Source: Aquabacterium sp.
GTDB taxonomy: Bacteria > Pseudomonadota > Gammaproteobacteria > Burkholderiales > Burkholderiaceae_C
Length of the DNA: 64,000 nucleotides
Direction: 5' to 3'
NCBI GenBank assembly: GCA_046295615.1
Contig: JBKBMV010000016.1
Location: 3,703-67,702 of the forward strand
Shown here: positions 52,882-63,136 of the stretch, one piece after another
Layout: the number at the start of each line of letters is the position of its first letter
How positions within the stretch are numbered: the first letter of the stretch is position 1
Made by a program: the position numbers and the translations under genes
The notes under the pieces: model-generated
Database searches by the model: none
What the model was told of the DNA's origin: nothing
Seen by the model: the letters and a program-made list of their open reading frames with translations, nothing else

Positions 52882-53869
52882 GCAGCTTGAGCACCGGAGC
52901 CTTGATCAGGTTGCGGGTACGGCTACGCTTCATGGGGGGTAGCACATGATTGTCTTGCTCTGACACCTCCGAGCTTTCAAAAACCTCTTCCGGTTTGTCA
53001 GCAGGCACCTGAGCCAGCTCGGGCAGTGACGCTTGCAGGCGGGCCACATCGGCCTCGGCCATGCTGTGGCGAGGTGGCCAGTTCTTGAGCGTGACCCGGC
53101 GCAACAGCGCCATCCCGCTGGCTGTGAATGTGCGCTCGAACACGTGCGTGACCAGGCGCTTGTGTTGGCGCTCGGTGATCACGATGGTGGAGCAGCGCGT
53201 GCCGTAACTGCCATCGGGCGAACGGATGAAGCACGACGACAGCAGTCGTTCCCACTCTGGCGGCACACCCGTGTGGGGCAGGTGACTGTCGGCGGCCTGC
53301 TCCGGGTTGGCCAGCGCGTCCATCAGGCGCAGTGCCATGGCATCCACCTCGGTCTGGGTGGCCAGGGCCGATTTCAGCTGCGCCTTGAGTTGCTGCACCT
53401 TGGGCCAGGGCGTGTTCAGTTGTGCGTTGGACAGACCAAAAATACCTTTTTGCAGGCGCTCGGGGTACAGCCGACGGTTGTTGATCCAGAAGCACTCGGC
53501 CTGCGCAAAATCCAGCGCGATCATGTTGAAGCCGTTGTAGCCCGACATGGCCAGCCGTGGCCACAGCGTGGCCATCCCCACATCACCCCGCAACCATTGC
53601 GGCACGATGTCACCGCGCGAGGGGGCCAGCGGATCGTTGTCGGCCGGGTTGCGGATGTTGGTCACCAAACCCAAACGGCCATAGGCGGTCAGACCCAGCC
53701 AGGTACCACCGGACGACAAATCGCGCCCACCAAGAATCGCGGGGCCACCCCCATCAGGCTGCCACCAGCCCAGGCGAGCTGCCTGACGATCGAAGAACTC
53801 GTCGCGGTTGGCGGCCAGCACAAAGGGAAAGCGGGCGTGTTGGTCGAGGGCAAAGGCTACAAGACACAT
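52871..53869 (-). CDS. NRDE family (TANGO2/DUF833) protein
   Basis: MC start, ANRDEF, GGTWLG, SRG and YGTRCST motifs. Confidence 0.93.
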   Translation of the reverse strand: MCLVAFALDQHARFPFVLAANRDEFFDRQAARLGWWQPDGGGPAILGGRDLSSGGTWLGLTAYGRLGLVTNIRNPADNDPLAPSRGDIVPQWLRGDVGMATLWPRLAMSGYNGFNMIALDFAQAECFWINNRRLYPERLQKGIFGLSNAQLNTPWPKVQQLKAQLKSALATQTEVDAMALRLMDALANPEQAADSHLPHTGVPPEWERLLSSCFIRSPDGSYGTRCSTIVITERQHKRLVTHVFERTFTASGMALLRRVTLKNWPPRHSMAEADVARLQASLPELAQVPADKPEEVFESSEVSEQDNHVLPPMKRSRTRNLIKAPVLKLLKA

Positions 53870-53886
53870 GGTGGTCTCCTCGCAGA

Positions 53887-54243
53887 TCAGACCTCGGTGG
53901 GGCCAGAACAGGGCTGGGCGTTGGTCGGGTGCAGATCAGGGGCCAGCACCCCGACGAAGCGTTCGGTATGACGTGGCCCCAACACGGGGCCCGAGATCGG
54001 GGTCATGGCAGTCATCAAGGCCGCTTCAAAATCAGAGCCCAAGCCATCCGGGTGTTCGTAGATTTCCATCCAGGTGACCACGCCGTCGGCGCTGGACTCA
54101 TCCACACGACGCATCAGCCGGCAGGCCAGCCCGGGCCAAGTGCGCTGCAACGCCATTTGCGCAGCCTGCACAAGGCCGGGCCATTGCAGCGACTCGGCCG
54201 CCGGCAGCTTGTAGTAGATGAACAGGTGGGGCAGGGGGCTCAA
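53887..54243 (-). CDS. DUF4936 family protein
   Basis: LFIYYK...LMRR...TWMEIY...RHTERF pattern. Start is TTG 54243 (GAAGG SD) or ATG 54333. Confidence 0.8.
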   Translation of the reverse strand: MSPLPHLFIYYKLPAAESLQWPGLVQAAQMALQRTWPGLACRLMRRVDESSADGVVTWMEIYEHPDGLGSDFEAALMTAMTPISGPVLGPRHTERFVGVLAPDLHPTNAQPCSGPTEV

Positions 54244-54464
54244 TGCGTTACCTTCTTCGGGCCAAGTTCGCCGGCTGGGCCAGATGCAGCGACCAAGCCG
54301 GCAAAGCCTGCGGGTAGCGCAGTCCGCAGGCATGGGTGAAGACTAGCCCAATTTGTGCCGCGCAACATTCTGCGACACGCCACAAACTCGCGCGGGCGGG
54401 CGAAATGCCGTTAAGGATTGAACGCCCCACGCGAACGGTTACAAAATGCCAGGGGCGGGGGCGC

Positions 54465-55415
54465 TCAGGCTTCCGTGGTGGGCACCTCGTAGGGCAAGGC
54501 CAGTCGCTGCAGCACCGGGCCTGGCGCGCCATCCGGGCCGCCCGCCTGCAAGCCCGCGTCCATGGCCGCCAGCTTCAACTCCACCAAGGCGTGCCAGGTG
54601 CCGGAGCCATCAGGCTGGGGCGCCGCGCACACCACCATGCCCGCAGGTTGGCCGGGGTCACGGTCGCTGAACACCTCCTGGCCTGCCGCCACGTCGGCCG
54701 CGGCGGCCAGCAAGAACAGGCGCCGCTTGGTCGTGCCTCGGTATTGGCTGCGAGCCACCACCTCCTGCCCGGGGTAACAACCTTTCTGGAAGTTCACGCC
54801 GCCAATCAACTCCAGGTTCACCATCTGGGGCACAAACTGATCCACCGTGGGGGCCGTGATGCGCGGCACACCCGTCAGCACCAGCAACCACGACCACTGT
54901 GCCGCCTCCACGCGCGGCCCTTCGGCCAAGCGGGCATCCAACTCGTCCGTGGGCCAGATCGCCCAAGCCAGGCGACTGCCCGTGCCGGTGCGAGGCTGGC
55001 CGGGCACCGGTGCCAGCGACGCGGCCCAGGGCAGGGCCGAGGTGTCCACCGTGGCCTCGGGCAACACGCCCCCCACCACGGTCATGCGGTCACTGAGATC
55101 GGTCAGCGTGCATTTGGCCCGCAACACAAACATGCGCAGGCGCTTGAGGGTGGCCGGCAGCACGCTGGCATCCATGACCAACCAGAAGCGGTCAGGCGCC
55201 GTGCGCCACACCCACAAACTGGCCAACATGCGCCCCTTGGGCGAGCAGTAGGCCGCCAGAGCAGGCTGGTTCAGGGCCAGGTGCACCATGTCCTGGCTGA
55301 GTTGTCCATGCAGGAAGGTGGCCGCGTCGTCGCCAACGGCTTCCACCACGCCAAAGCCGGGCGCCAGGGTCAGCCCCTGCCATCCCGAGGTATCCATGAG
55401 CTGAGGTATCGTCAT
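54465..55415 (-). CDS. ygfZ: Folate-binding Fe-S repair / tRNA-modifying protein YgfZ
   Basis: FLHGQLS and KGCYPGQEVVAR motifs. Confidence 0.95.
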   Translation of the reverse strand: MTIPQLMDTSGWQGLTLAPGFGVVEAVGDDAATFLHGQLSQDMVHLALNQPALAAYCSPKGRMLASLWVWRTAPDRFWLVMDASVLPATLKRLRMFVLRAKCTLTDLSDRMTVVGGVLPEATVDTSALPWAASLAPVPGQPRTGTGSRLAWAIWPTDELDARLAEGPRVEAAQWSWLLVLTGVPRITAPTVDQFVPQMVNLELIGGVNFQKGCYPGQEVVARSQYRGTTKRRLFLLAAAADVAAGQEVFSDRDPGQPAGMVVCAAPQPDGSGTWHALVELKLAAMDAGLQAGGPDGAPGPVLQRLALPYEVPTTEA

Positions 55416-55436
55416 GTGCTGATTATGATCAACCCT

Positions 55437-56501
55437 GTGAGCAGCCATCTTTCATCCCCCTTCAAATCCACAGCGTTCGTCCGGCAACAGGGCGGCGCCG
55501 TGGCGCTTGTGCTGAGCCTTCTGGCGATCACGCTGGTGGTGCTGGCCGCCTTGGGCTGGTGGTGGCTCAGCAAGCCCTTGCCCTTGCGCGACAACCAGCC
55601 CGTCGACTACGCCGTGGAGCAGGGCGCCACGGCCCGTACGATTGCACGCGGATGGGTGGAGGCGGGGGTGGAGGCGCCAGACTGGTTGCTCTACCAATGG
55701 TTTCGGTGGTCAGGGCAGGCCCGGCAGATCCGCGCCGGCAGCTATGAGCTGGAGCCCGGTGGGTCGGCCCGTGACCTGCTGCGCATGATGGTGCGGGGCG
55801 ACGAGCGCCTGTCCACCGTGCGGCTGATCGAGGGGTGGACGTTCGCGCAATGGCGTGCCGAGTTGGCGAAGGCAGAGTCGTTGCGGCCCACCACCGCCGG
55901 CCTGTCGGCCGACGAGATCATGGCGCAGCTGGGGCGTCCGGGCGTGCCGGCCGAGGGGCGATTCTTCCCGGATACCTATGCCTACGCCAAGGGCTCAACC
56001 GATCTGGCCGTGATGCGCCGTGCGCTGCAGGCCATGGATCAACGCCTGGCCGATGCCTGGGCGCAACGGGCCGACAACGTGCCCCTGCGCTCGATGGACG
56101 AGGCCCTCATCCTGGCGTCGATTGTCGAGAAGGAAACCGGCATGGAGGCCGATCGCACCCTGGTGGCCGGTGTGTTTGCCAATCGCTTGCGCATCGGCAT
56201 GCGGCTGCAGACCGACCCCACGGTCATCTACGGGCTGGGTGAGCGCTTTGATGGCAACCTGCGCAAGATCGATCTGCAAACCGACACGCCGTTCAACACC
56301 TACACGCGCGCCGGCCTGCCCCCCACGCCCATCTCGATGCCCGGCAAGGCGTCGTTGTTGGCCGCTGTGCGGCCCGCAGACACCCCGGCGCTGTACTTCG
56401 TGGCACGGGGCGACGGCAGCAGTGTCTTCAGTGCAACGCTGGACGAGCACAATCGGGCCGTGAACCGCTATCAACGACAACAGGCATCGCGCGCACCATG
56501 A
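55437..56501 (+). CDS. mltG: Endolytic transglycosylase MltG
   Basis: N-terminal [25 protein letters not shown] and GLPPTPI motifs. Start uncertain (55425 or 55437). Confidence 0.95.
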   Translation: MSSHLSSPFKSTAFVRQQGGAVALVLSLLAITLVVLAALGWWWLSKPLPLRDNQPVDYAVEQGATARTIARGWVEAGVEAPDWLLYQWFRWSGQARQIRAGSYELEPGGSARDLLRMMVRGDERLSTVRLIEGWTFAQWRAELAKAESLRPTTAGLSADEIMAQLGRPGVPAEGRFFPDTYAYAKGSTDLAVMRRALQAMDQRLADAWAQRADNVPLRSMDEALILASIVEKETGMEADRTLVAGVFANRLRIGMRLQTDPTVIYGLGERFDGNLRKIDLQTDTPFNTYTRAGLPPTPISMPGKASLLAAVRPADTPALYFVARGDGSSVFSATLDEHNRAVNRYQRQQASRAP

Positions 56502-57133
56502 GCTTGGATCCATCCTCCAGCCCAGGCCGTTTCATCACGGTCGAGGGCATCGACGGTGCGGGCAAAACCACCCACATCCAGGCTCTGGAAGAGGCCTGGC
56601 GCGCGGCCGGGCACGACGTCGTCCGCACCCGTGAGCCCGGTGGCACGCCGCTGGCCGAGCGCCTGCGCGAGATGCTGTTGCACGACCCGATGGACGCCCT
56701 GACCGAGAGCCTGCTGGTGTTTGCCGCCCGCCGGGATCACCTGAGCACGGTGATCGAGCCGGCGCTGGCACGTGGCGCCTGGGTGCTGTGTGACCGATTC
56801 ACGGATGCCACCTTTGCCTACCAAGGCGGCGGCCGAGGTTTTGATGTGCGCGTGCTGCAACAGCTGGAGCAGTGGGTGCAGGGCACTCGGCAGCCTGATC
56901 TGACGCTGCTGTTCGATGTGCCGCCGGAGGTGGCGGCGGAGCGCCTGCGTCATGCGCGGCAGCCCGACCGGTTCGAGCAACAAGACAGCGCATTCTTCGA
57001 GCGCGTGCGTGACGCCTATCGCCAGCGGCATGAGCAGGCGCCCCATCGTTTCGCACTGATCAACGCCCACCAAACCCCTGAGCAGGTGCGTGCCGATGTG
57101 CTGACAGCCGTGCGCGAGCGAGGCCTGCTGTGA
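56498..57133 (+). CDS. tmk: Thymidylate kinase
   Basis: [16 protein letters not shown] and [11 protein letters not shown] motifs. Confidence 0.97.
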   Translation: MSLDPSSSPGRFITVEGIDGAGKTTHIQALEEAWRAAGHDVVRTREPGGTPLAERLREMLLHDPMDALTESLLVFAARRDHLSTVIEPALARGAWVLCDRFTDATFAYQGGGRGFDVRVLQQLEQWVQGTRQPDLTLLFDVPPEVAAERLRHARQPDRFEQQDSAFFERVRDAYRQRHEQAPHRFALINAHQTPEQVRADVLTAVRERGLL

Positions 57134-58185
57134 GCGCGGATACCGCCACCCCGTTGCCAGATTGGTTGCAGGCGCCCCTTCAACAGGCGCTGGCGCAGGC
57201 CCAGGGCCATGCGTTTTTGGTGCACGGAGCACCGGGCAGCGGTCAGTTCGAGTTGTCTCTGGCCCTGGCGCAGGCCTGGCTGTGTGAGGCCCCGACCGAC
57301 TCGGCCAGCAAGGCATGGCGGCCCGCTTGCGGTCGCTGCGTGTCGTGCCACCTGGTACAAGCGCGGGCTCACCCAGACCTGATGGTGCTGCTGCCCGAGG
57401 CGCTGGAGCTGGCCTTGGGCTGGCGCAGTGCGCCGGAAGATGACCCGGACAAAACCAGCAAGACCCGCAAGCCCAGCCAGGAGCTCAAAGTCGAGGCCAT
57501 CCGGCAGGCGGTGGCGTTTTCGCAGCACACATCGTCCAGAGGCCGCTGCAAGGTCATCGTCATCCACCCGGCGGAGCGCATGAACACCGTGTCGGGCAAC
57601 ACCTTGCTCAAAACACTGGAAGAACCCCCGGGGGTGGTGCGCTTCGTGTTGTCGGCGCAGGGCTCGGTGGATGCCATCCTGCCCACAATCCGCAGTCGGT
57701 GCCAGTTGTGGCATCTGGCCCCGGCCGATGCAGCCTCGGCCGCCGCCTGGCTGCAAAGTCAGATCGCGGGGCTCAGCACCGAGGATGCCCAGATCTTGTT
57801 GCAAGCCTCGGGGCATCAGCCCTGGACGGCGCTGGAGCGTCACCAGCAGGGCCTGACAGCGGCGGCCTGGCGCGCCTTGCCTCAGCGCCTGGCCCAGGGC
57901 GATGCGTCGGTGCTGTCCGGCATGCCGGTGCCTTTGGTAATCCAGACCCTGATCAAGCTGTGTCAGGACCTGAGCGCCGTGGCGGCGGGTGGGGCGCCGC
58001 GCTACTTCCCGGCCGAAGGGCTGCCACCCGCACCGGCCCTGACCGCCCTGGTGAATTGGCACAAGCAACTCATGCAGGCGGCGCGGCATGCCGAGCACCC
58101 CTGGCATCTGCCCTTGAGGCTGGAGAGCCTGGCGGATCAGGCAGCACAGGTGCTGCGACGCAGCAAACATCGAGCGTCCGCCTGA
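57130..58185 (+). CDS. holB: DNA polymerase III delta' subunit
   Basis: [18 protein letters not shown] and PTIRSRC motifs. Confidence 0.95.
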   Translation: MSADTATPLPDWLQAPLQQALAQAQGHAFLVHGAPGSGQFELSLALAQAWLCEAPTDSASKAWRPACGRCVSCHLVQARAHPDLMVLLPEALELALGWRSAPEDDPDKTSKTRKPSQELKVEAIRQAVAFSQHTSSRGRCKVIVIHPAERMNTVSGNTLLKTLEEPPGVVRFVLSAQGSVDAILPTIRSRCQLWHLAPADAASAAAWLQSQIAGLSTEDAQILLQASGHQPWTALERHQQGLTAAAWRALPQRLAQGDASVLSGMPVPLVIQTLIKLCQDLSAVAAGGAPRYFPAEGLPPAPALTALVNWHKQLMQAARHAEHPWHLPLRLESLADQAAQVLRRSKHRASA

Positions 58186-58292
58186 CCACGGGTTGACCCT
58201 CGAAAACAGCCTGTGAGTGGATGTAAAGCCCCCCGGGAATGGGGGCTAGTTCACACCCCAACAGGGGATGCGCGCGATAAACTCCCAAGACG

Positions 58293-58742
58293 ATGAGTGA
58301 GTTTCAGACAACCGCATTACCTTCCGCCTTTGCTGGCGTCGCACCAGGCAAGCTGTCAGCCAACATGGGCGGCAGCACCGGCGGCGGAACGTCTGCTACC
58401 GCATCACGCCCCAGCGTGATCCAGCTGGTGTTTCGTGAAAAAGGTGCGCTGTATGCGGCCTACATCCCCGCGTTCACCGACGGGGGCTTGTTCGTGCCCA
58501 CCACCCGCGACTACCGCCTGGGCGACGACATCTACCTCTTGCTGTCGCTGCCCGACGATGCGCAGCGCTACCCGGTGGCCGGCAAGATCGCCTGGATCAC
58601 CCCGGCCAATGCCTCGGCGGGCCGCACCCAGGGCGTGGGCGTGAAGTTTCCTGCCGACGAAAAGACCCGCCTGCTGCGATTGAAGATCGAGCAGATCCTG
58701 GGCACGAACATTTCCTCCAGCAAGCCAACGCAGACACTTTGA
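58293..58742 (+). CDS. pilZ: Type IV pilus assembly protein PilZ
   Basis: ALYAAYIP..GGLFVPT...WITP...KPTQTL; located between holB and tatD. Confidence 0.92.
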   Translation: MSEFQTTALPSAFAGVAPGKLSANMGGSTGGGTSATASRPSVIQLVFREKGALYAAYIPAFTDGGLFVPTTRDYRLGDDIYLLLSLPDDAQRYPVAGKIAWITPANASAGRTQGVGVKFPADEKTRLLRLKIEQILGTNISSSKPTQTL

Positions 58743-58843
58743 GGCAAGATGGCGCCCCGTTGGTCGTTCAGGACCAGCGTGTGGGTCACCTTGTCTGATG
58801 GGTGCTTTTGACTGTTGAGTGTGCGTCTGCGCTGCCCCGTGCC

Positions 58844-59629
58844 ATGTTCGTTGATTCTCATTGCCACCTGAATTTTCCGGATTACACCGAGCGTCTGCCG
58901 GAGGTACAAGCCGAGATGGCCGCTGCGGGTGTGCACAGCGCCCTGTGCATCAGCACCCAGATGGAGACGTTTCCTGCCGTGCACGCCTTGGCCGTGGCGC
59001 ACAACAACCTGTGGGCCACAGTGGGCGTGCACCCCGATAACGAAGATGTACAAGAGCCGACCTTGGATGATCTGGTCCGTTTGGCTGCCTTGCCCAAAGT
59101 GGTGGGCATTGGCGAAACCGGCCTGGATTACTACCGCCTGGAAGGACGCTCGGTGGCTGACATGGAATGGCAACGCGAGCGCTTTAGGGTGCACATCCGT
59201 GCGGCCCGCCATACCGGGCTGCCGCTGGTGATCCACACCCGCTCTTCAGCCGAGGACACCCTGGCCGTGCTCAAAGAAGAAGGCCAAGGCCAGGTGCGCG
59301 GCGTGTTCCATTGTTTCACCGAATCCGAAGCCGTGGCGCGCGAGGCCCTGGACATGGGCTTTTACATCTCGTTTTCTGGCATCTTGACCTTCAAGAATGC
59401 CCAGGCACTGCGCGATGTGGCGGCCTTCGTGCCGATGGATCGGTGCTTGATCGAGACCGACAGCCCCTACCTGGCGCCCGTGCCACATCGGGGCAAGACC
59501 AATACCCCTGCTTATGTGGCGCATGTAGCGGCGCAACTGGCCGCCATCAAGGGCCTGCCGGTGGACGAGGTGGGACGCATCACGACGCGCAACTTCGAGG
59601 ATTTGTTCTCGATGGTGCGTGCGCACTGA
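58844..59629 (+). CDS. TatD family hydrolase (YcfH-like)
   Basis: DSHCH, GVHP, GETGLDY, HCF and ETDSPYL motifs. Confidence 0.95.
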   Translation: MFVDSHCHLNFPDYTERLPEVQAEMAAAGVHSALCISTQMETFPAVHALAVAHNNLWATVGVHPDNEDVQEPTLDDLVRLAALPKVVGIGETGLDYYRLEGRSVADMEWQRERFRVHIRAARHTGLPLVIHTRSSAEDTLAVLKEEGQGQVRGVFHCFTESEAVAREALDMGFYISFSGILTFKNAQALRDVAAFVPMDRCLIETDSPYLAPVPHRGKTNTPAYVAHVAAQLAAIKGLPVDEVGRITTRNFEDLFSMVRAH

Positions 59630-59767
59630 GGGTTAGCACACCCCCGTGCGGAAGACCTTGTCAGACAATTTCTGACAGGCGGTTTGGTTGTTCGGCGACT
59701 TTTGCCGACCAGCGATGAAGCCTACAGTCAGGTCATCGATTGGATGCAATGCACACCGGAGGTCCTC

Positions 59768-59986
59768 ATGCAAAAGCAAAGTCTGTACGCCAACCCGTTC
59801 GCCCTGATGATGGACCCTCAGGCGGTTCTGCAAGCCATGGAGCGCTCCGAGCGCCTCAACCGCCTTCAAAGCCGTGTGTGTCGTCCTTTGGACAAGCCGC
59901 TGATTCCCCTGGTGCAGGGTGATCGTGATGCCTTCGATGAGTCGGTGGATGCCGCTGACGACGAGTCCGAGATCAGCGACCGCTGA
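59768..59986 (+). CDS. Small hypothetical protein (72 aa)
   Basis: GGAGG SD, genome-like codon usage, downstream terminator. Confidence 0.7.
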   Translation: MQKQSLYANPFALMMDPQAVLQAMERSERLNRLQSRVCRPLDKPLIPLVQGDRDAFDESVDAADDESEISDR

Positions 59987-60073
59987 GCCTGTTTTCAGGC
60001 GCGCCCCGCCTGTATGGGCTGGGCTGTGCCACTGCAATGAACGACTTTTGCTTGCGGCAAAAGCGTGTTGTTC

Positions 60074-60099
60074 GACCCGCCTCTGGCGGGTCTTTTTTT
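60074..60099 (+). terminator. Intrinsic terminator
   Basis: GACCCGCC-TCT-GGCGGGTC followed by seven Ts. Confidence 0.88.
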
Positions 60100-60104
60100 G
60101 CCCC

Positions 60105-61124
60105 TCATCGAAGCCAGCGGCGCTCCAGTCGTCGGCCAGCCCATGACAGGCCCAGGCAGAGCAGGGCGTAGATCAGCCCCACGAACAGGTAAGCCTCGAA
60201 CTGATGAGGGCGCCAGATGGGGTCGCCGGCCATCGTGAGCGACAGGCCACCGGTCAACTCATGCAAGCCCACGACCACCACCAGGGATGTGTCTTTCAGC
60301 AGCCCGATGGCGTGGCCTGTCATGCCGGGCAGGGCGATGCGCAAGGCCTGGGGCAGCACAATACGACGCTGAATGCCCCAGTAGCCCAGGCCCAAGACCG
60401 TGCCCGCTTCCACTTGCTCGTCAGCCACCGATTGCAGGCCACCACGCAGCACCTCGGCCAGGTAGGCCGATGAAAACAGCAGCAAGGCCAAGCCTGCACG
60501 CATGAACACCGAGGGGGTGTACGCCTCTGGCAAGACCAGGGGCAGGGCCAGCACGCAGGCCAGCAACAGCGTGATCAACGGCACACCCCGGATCACCTCG
60601 ATCCACGCGGTGGCCAGCATGCCCAGCAGCCCTCGCTGTTGCCGCGCCAACGCCAGCAGCACGGCCACCGGCCAGGATAACCACCACGCCCCCAGAAACA
60701 AGAGCAGGGTCAGTGGCATACCGCCCCAGTCGGCACTGGGCACCACAGGCAGCCCGGCCACGCCGCCATGCATCAACAGCCCTGACACGGGCAGCCACAC
60801 CACGCCGGCCAAGGTCCAGGCGCGAAGGCGCCATGGCGCGGGCACCAGGGCCCCAACGCCGAGCATCGTCAACGACAGGCCGACCATCAGCAAGGGCCGC
60901 CAGCCCTGGCCATCGGGGTAGTGCCCCATGAGGATGGGCCAGGCCTTGGCGGGCACCACGCCCCAGCAGGCGCCAGACACCCCGGCCTGCGCCAGGGCCT
61001 GACAGGCATCGGCATGGGCTTGCCAGACGGCGTTCACCACCCCCCACTGCAGCAGGTGCCACAGCGCCCAGAGCAGCACGGCCACGCCACCCAGGTTGAT
61101 CACCCCACGCCACATGCGCATCAT
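60105..61124 (-). CDS. Amino acid ABC transporter permease (AapM-like)
   Basis: GACW, WGGMPLT, IRGVPLI, SAYLAEVLRGG and KDTSL motifs. Confidence 0.9.
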   Translation of the reverse strand: MMRMWRGVINLGGVAVLLWALWHLLQWGVVNAVWQAHADACQALAQAGVSGACWGVVPAKAWPILMGHYPDGQGWRPLLMVGLSLTMLGVGALVPAPWRLRAWTLAGVVWLPVSGLLMHGGVAGLPVVPSADWGGMPLTLLLFLGAWWLSWPVAVLLALARQQRGLLGMLATAWIEVIRGVPLITLLLACVLALPLVLPEAYTPSVFMRAGLALLLFSSAYLAEVLRGGLQSVADEQVEAGTVLGLGYWGIQRRIVLPQALRIALPGMTGHAIGLLKDTSLVVVVGLHELTGGLSLTMAGDPIWRPHQFEAYLFVGLIYALLCLGLSWAGRRLERRWLR

Positions 61125-62005
61125 GAGGCGGGGCCTTTCAAGGCCTGCTGCCGGTTGAGCCAGTTCATCAGCACGCTGGTGAGCAAGGATAGCAGCAGGT
61201 AGGTGCCCATCATGATCAGCAGGCACGACAGCACCTGCCCCGTCTGGTTGATCGTGGTGTTGCTGATCGACACCAGATCTGGGTAGCCTATGGCCACGGC
61301 CAGGCTGGAGTTCTTGACCAGGTTCAGGTACTGATTGGTGGCGCCCGGGATGATGCTGCGCAGCGCTTGGGGCAAGAGCACCCGTGTGATCTGCTGCCAG
61401 CGTGTGGCTCCCAGGGTGTCGGCAGCCTCCATCAGGGACGCCGGCACGGCATCCAGGCCCGAGCGGATGATCTCAGCCAGGAAGGCGCTGGTGTACACCG
61501 ACAAGGCCAGCCACAGGGCCAGAAACTCCGGGCTGACGGCCGCACCACCGATGACGTTGAAGGGGCCTTGCGCCGGTATCGACCACAGCAGCCCTAGGGC
61601 CTGGGTCAGAGCGCCGTCGTCGTGAGCACTCGGCATGGGCCAGGGAAACGACAAGCCCCCTTTGCTCAGCCACCATCCGGGCAGAATTTCCCAGGCCTCC
61701 ATCGTGTCGGGCAGGGCCTCGATGATGAGCGCGTACCAAATCAGCAACTGAAGCAGCAGCGGCACATTGCGCACCAGTTCGATCACCGTGCGCGCCATGC
61801 TGCGCCACACCGGGGTGCCGTAGCGGTAGAGCAGGGCCAGCATCAAGGCCAGCAGGGTGCACAGCACCAGGCCTGGCAGCGCTACGCGCAGGGTGTTGCC
61901 CAACCCCACCACCATGGCCCACCACAGCGGCTGGTCTGGCGTGTAGGCCAGCACACCGGTTTCGCCGATGTCGAAGCCGGCCGGCTGGAAAAGAAAATCC
62001 CACAT
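61121..62005 (-). CDS. Amino acid ABC transporter permease (AapQ-like)
   Basis: AGFDIGE, RNVPLLLQL, AEIIRSG and KNSSLAVAIGYPDL motifs. Confidence 0.9.
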   Translation of the reverse strand: MWDFLFQPAGFDIGETGVLAYTPDQPLWWAMVVGLGNTLRVALPGLVLCTLLALMLALLYRYGTPVWRSMARTVIELVRNVPLLLQLLIWYALIIEALPDTMEAWEILPGWWLSKGGLSFPWPMPSAHDDGALTQALGLLWSIPAQGPFNVIGGAAVSPEFLALWLALSVYTSAFLAEIIRSGLDAVPASLMEAADTLGATRWQQITRVLLPQALRSIIPGATNQYLNLVKNSSLAVAIGYPDLVSISNTTINQTGQVLSCLLIMMGTYLLLSLLTSVLMNWLNRQQALKGPAS

Positions 62006-62024
62006 GCCGAGCGCGATGTCTGTG

Positions 62025-63044
62025 TCAGCGGAAGGGCGGGGCGATCATCAAGCCACCATCGCGCCACAGGCGGTTGGCACCCCGTGCCAAACCCAGGGCG
62101 GAGCCCTTACCCACGTTGCGATCGAACACCTCGCCATAGTGGCCCACGGCCTGGATGGCGCGTTGAGCCCAGGCTGCGTCCAGGCCCAGGTGTCGGCCCA
62201 GATCCTCGCCACGACCCAACAGGCGCAGGCCAGCAGGGTTGTCGCCGCGCCATGAGGCCGCCTGGGCTTGCGTGATGCCCAACTCTTCCGCTTCCAGCAG
62301 GGCGAACACCGTCCACTTCACGATGGCCAGCCATTGGTCGTCGCCACGGCGCACCATGGGGCCCAGGGGCTCTTTCGAGATCAGGTCTGGCAGGATGAGG
62401 TAATCGTCAGGCTTGGGGGCTTCGCGGTTTCGCACGCTGGCCAGGGCCGAGACGTCGCCGGTGTAGGCCTGGCAGCGGCCCGAGAACAGGGCTTTGAAGG
62501 CAGCTTCGTAGCTGTCAAACACCACGGGTTTGATGTTGAGTTGGTGCTGGCGCGAGAAATCCGTCAGGTTGCGTTCGCTGGTGGTGCCCGATTGCACGCA
62601 CACCTGGGCACCTTTGAGGTCGGTGGCGCGCTGCACCTTGAACCGTTTGGCCACCAGAAAACCCTGGCCATCGTGGTACGTGACCGCGGTGAAGTGAAAA
62701 CCCAGCGAGGCATCGCGGCTGAGCGTCCACGAGGTGTTGCGCGACAACAGGTCCACCTGGCCGTTTTGCAGCGCCAGGAAACGTTGTTGAGCGTTCAGGG
62801 GCACAAAACGCACTTTGTCGGGGCTTTTCAACACGGCCGCGGCCACGGCGCGGCAGACGTCCACATCCAGGCCAGACCAGCGGTTCTTGCTGTCAGGTGC
62901 CGAGAAGCCGGCCACACCGGTGCTGACGCCACACAACAGTTGGCCGCGTTGGCGGATGGTGTCGAGCGTCGAGCCCGCCGTGACTGATGGGATGACGGAC
63001 ACCAAAACGGTGAAGACGGCCAGGCAACGGGTCAATGCTGTCAT
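62025..63044 (-). CDS. Amino acid ABC transporter substrate-binding protein (AapJ/BztA-like)
   Basis: Signal peptide; RGQLLCGV, DVCRAVAAA, SKEPLGP and APPFR motifs. Confidence 0.93.
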   Translation of the reverse strand: MTALTRCLAVFTVLVSVIPSVTAGSTLDTIRQRGQLLCGVSTGVAGFSAPDSKNRWSGLDVDVCRAVAAAVLKSPDKVRFVPLNAQQRFLALQNGQVDLLSRNTSWTLSRDASLGFHFTAVTYHDGQGFLVAKRFKVQRATDLKGAQVCVQSGTTSERNLTDFSRQHQLNIKPVVFDSYEAAFKALFSGRCQAYTGDVSALASVRNREAPKPDDYLILPDLISKEPLGPMVRRGDDQWLAIVKWTVFALLEAEELGITQAQAASWRGDNPAGLRLLGRGEDLGRHLGLDAAWAQRAIQAVGHYGEVFDRNVGKGSALGLARGANRLWRDGGLMIAPPFR

Positions 63045-63136
63045 GGGGTGTGGCGAAGGATGGATGAGAGCACGGGTGACAGACACGCACAAGCCGTTCC
63101 AGGGGCTTGGCTCGGTCACAACCATACCACCAACAC

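Noticed and set aside
54336-55436. N-terminal extension making MltG 721 aa
   Set aside because: Antisense to ygfZ; the real protein begins near its TM segment at about 55437.
59690-59712. Possible sigma28 promoter (GCCGACCA)
   Set aside because: No TAAA -35 element at the proper spacing.
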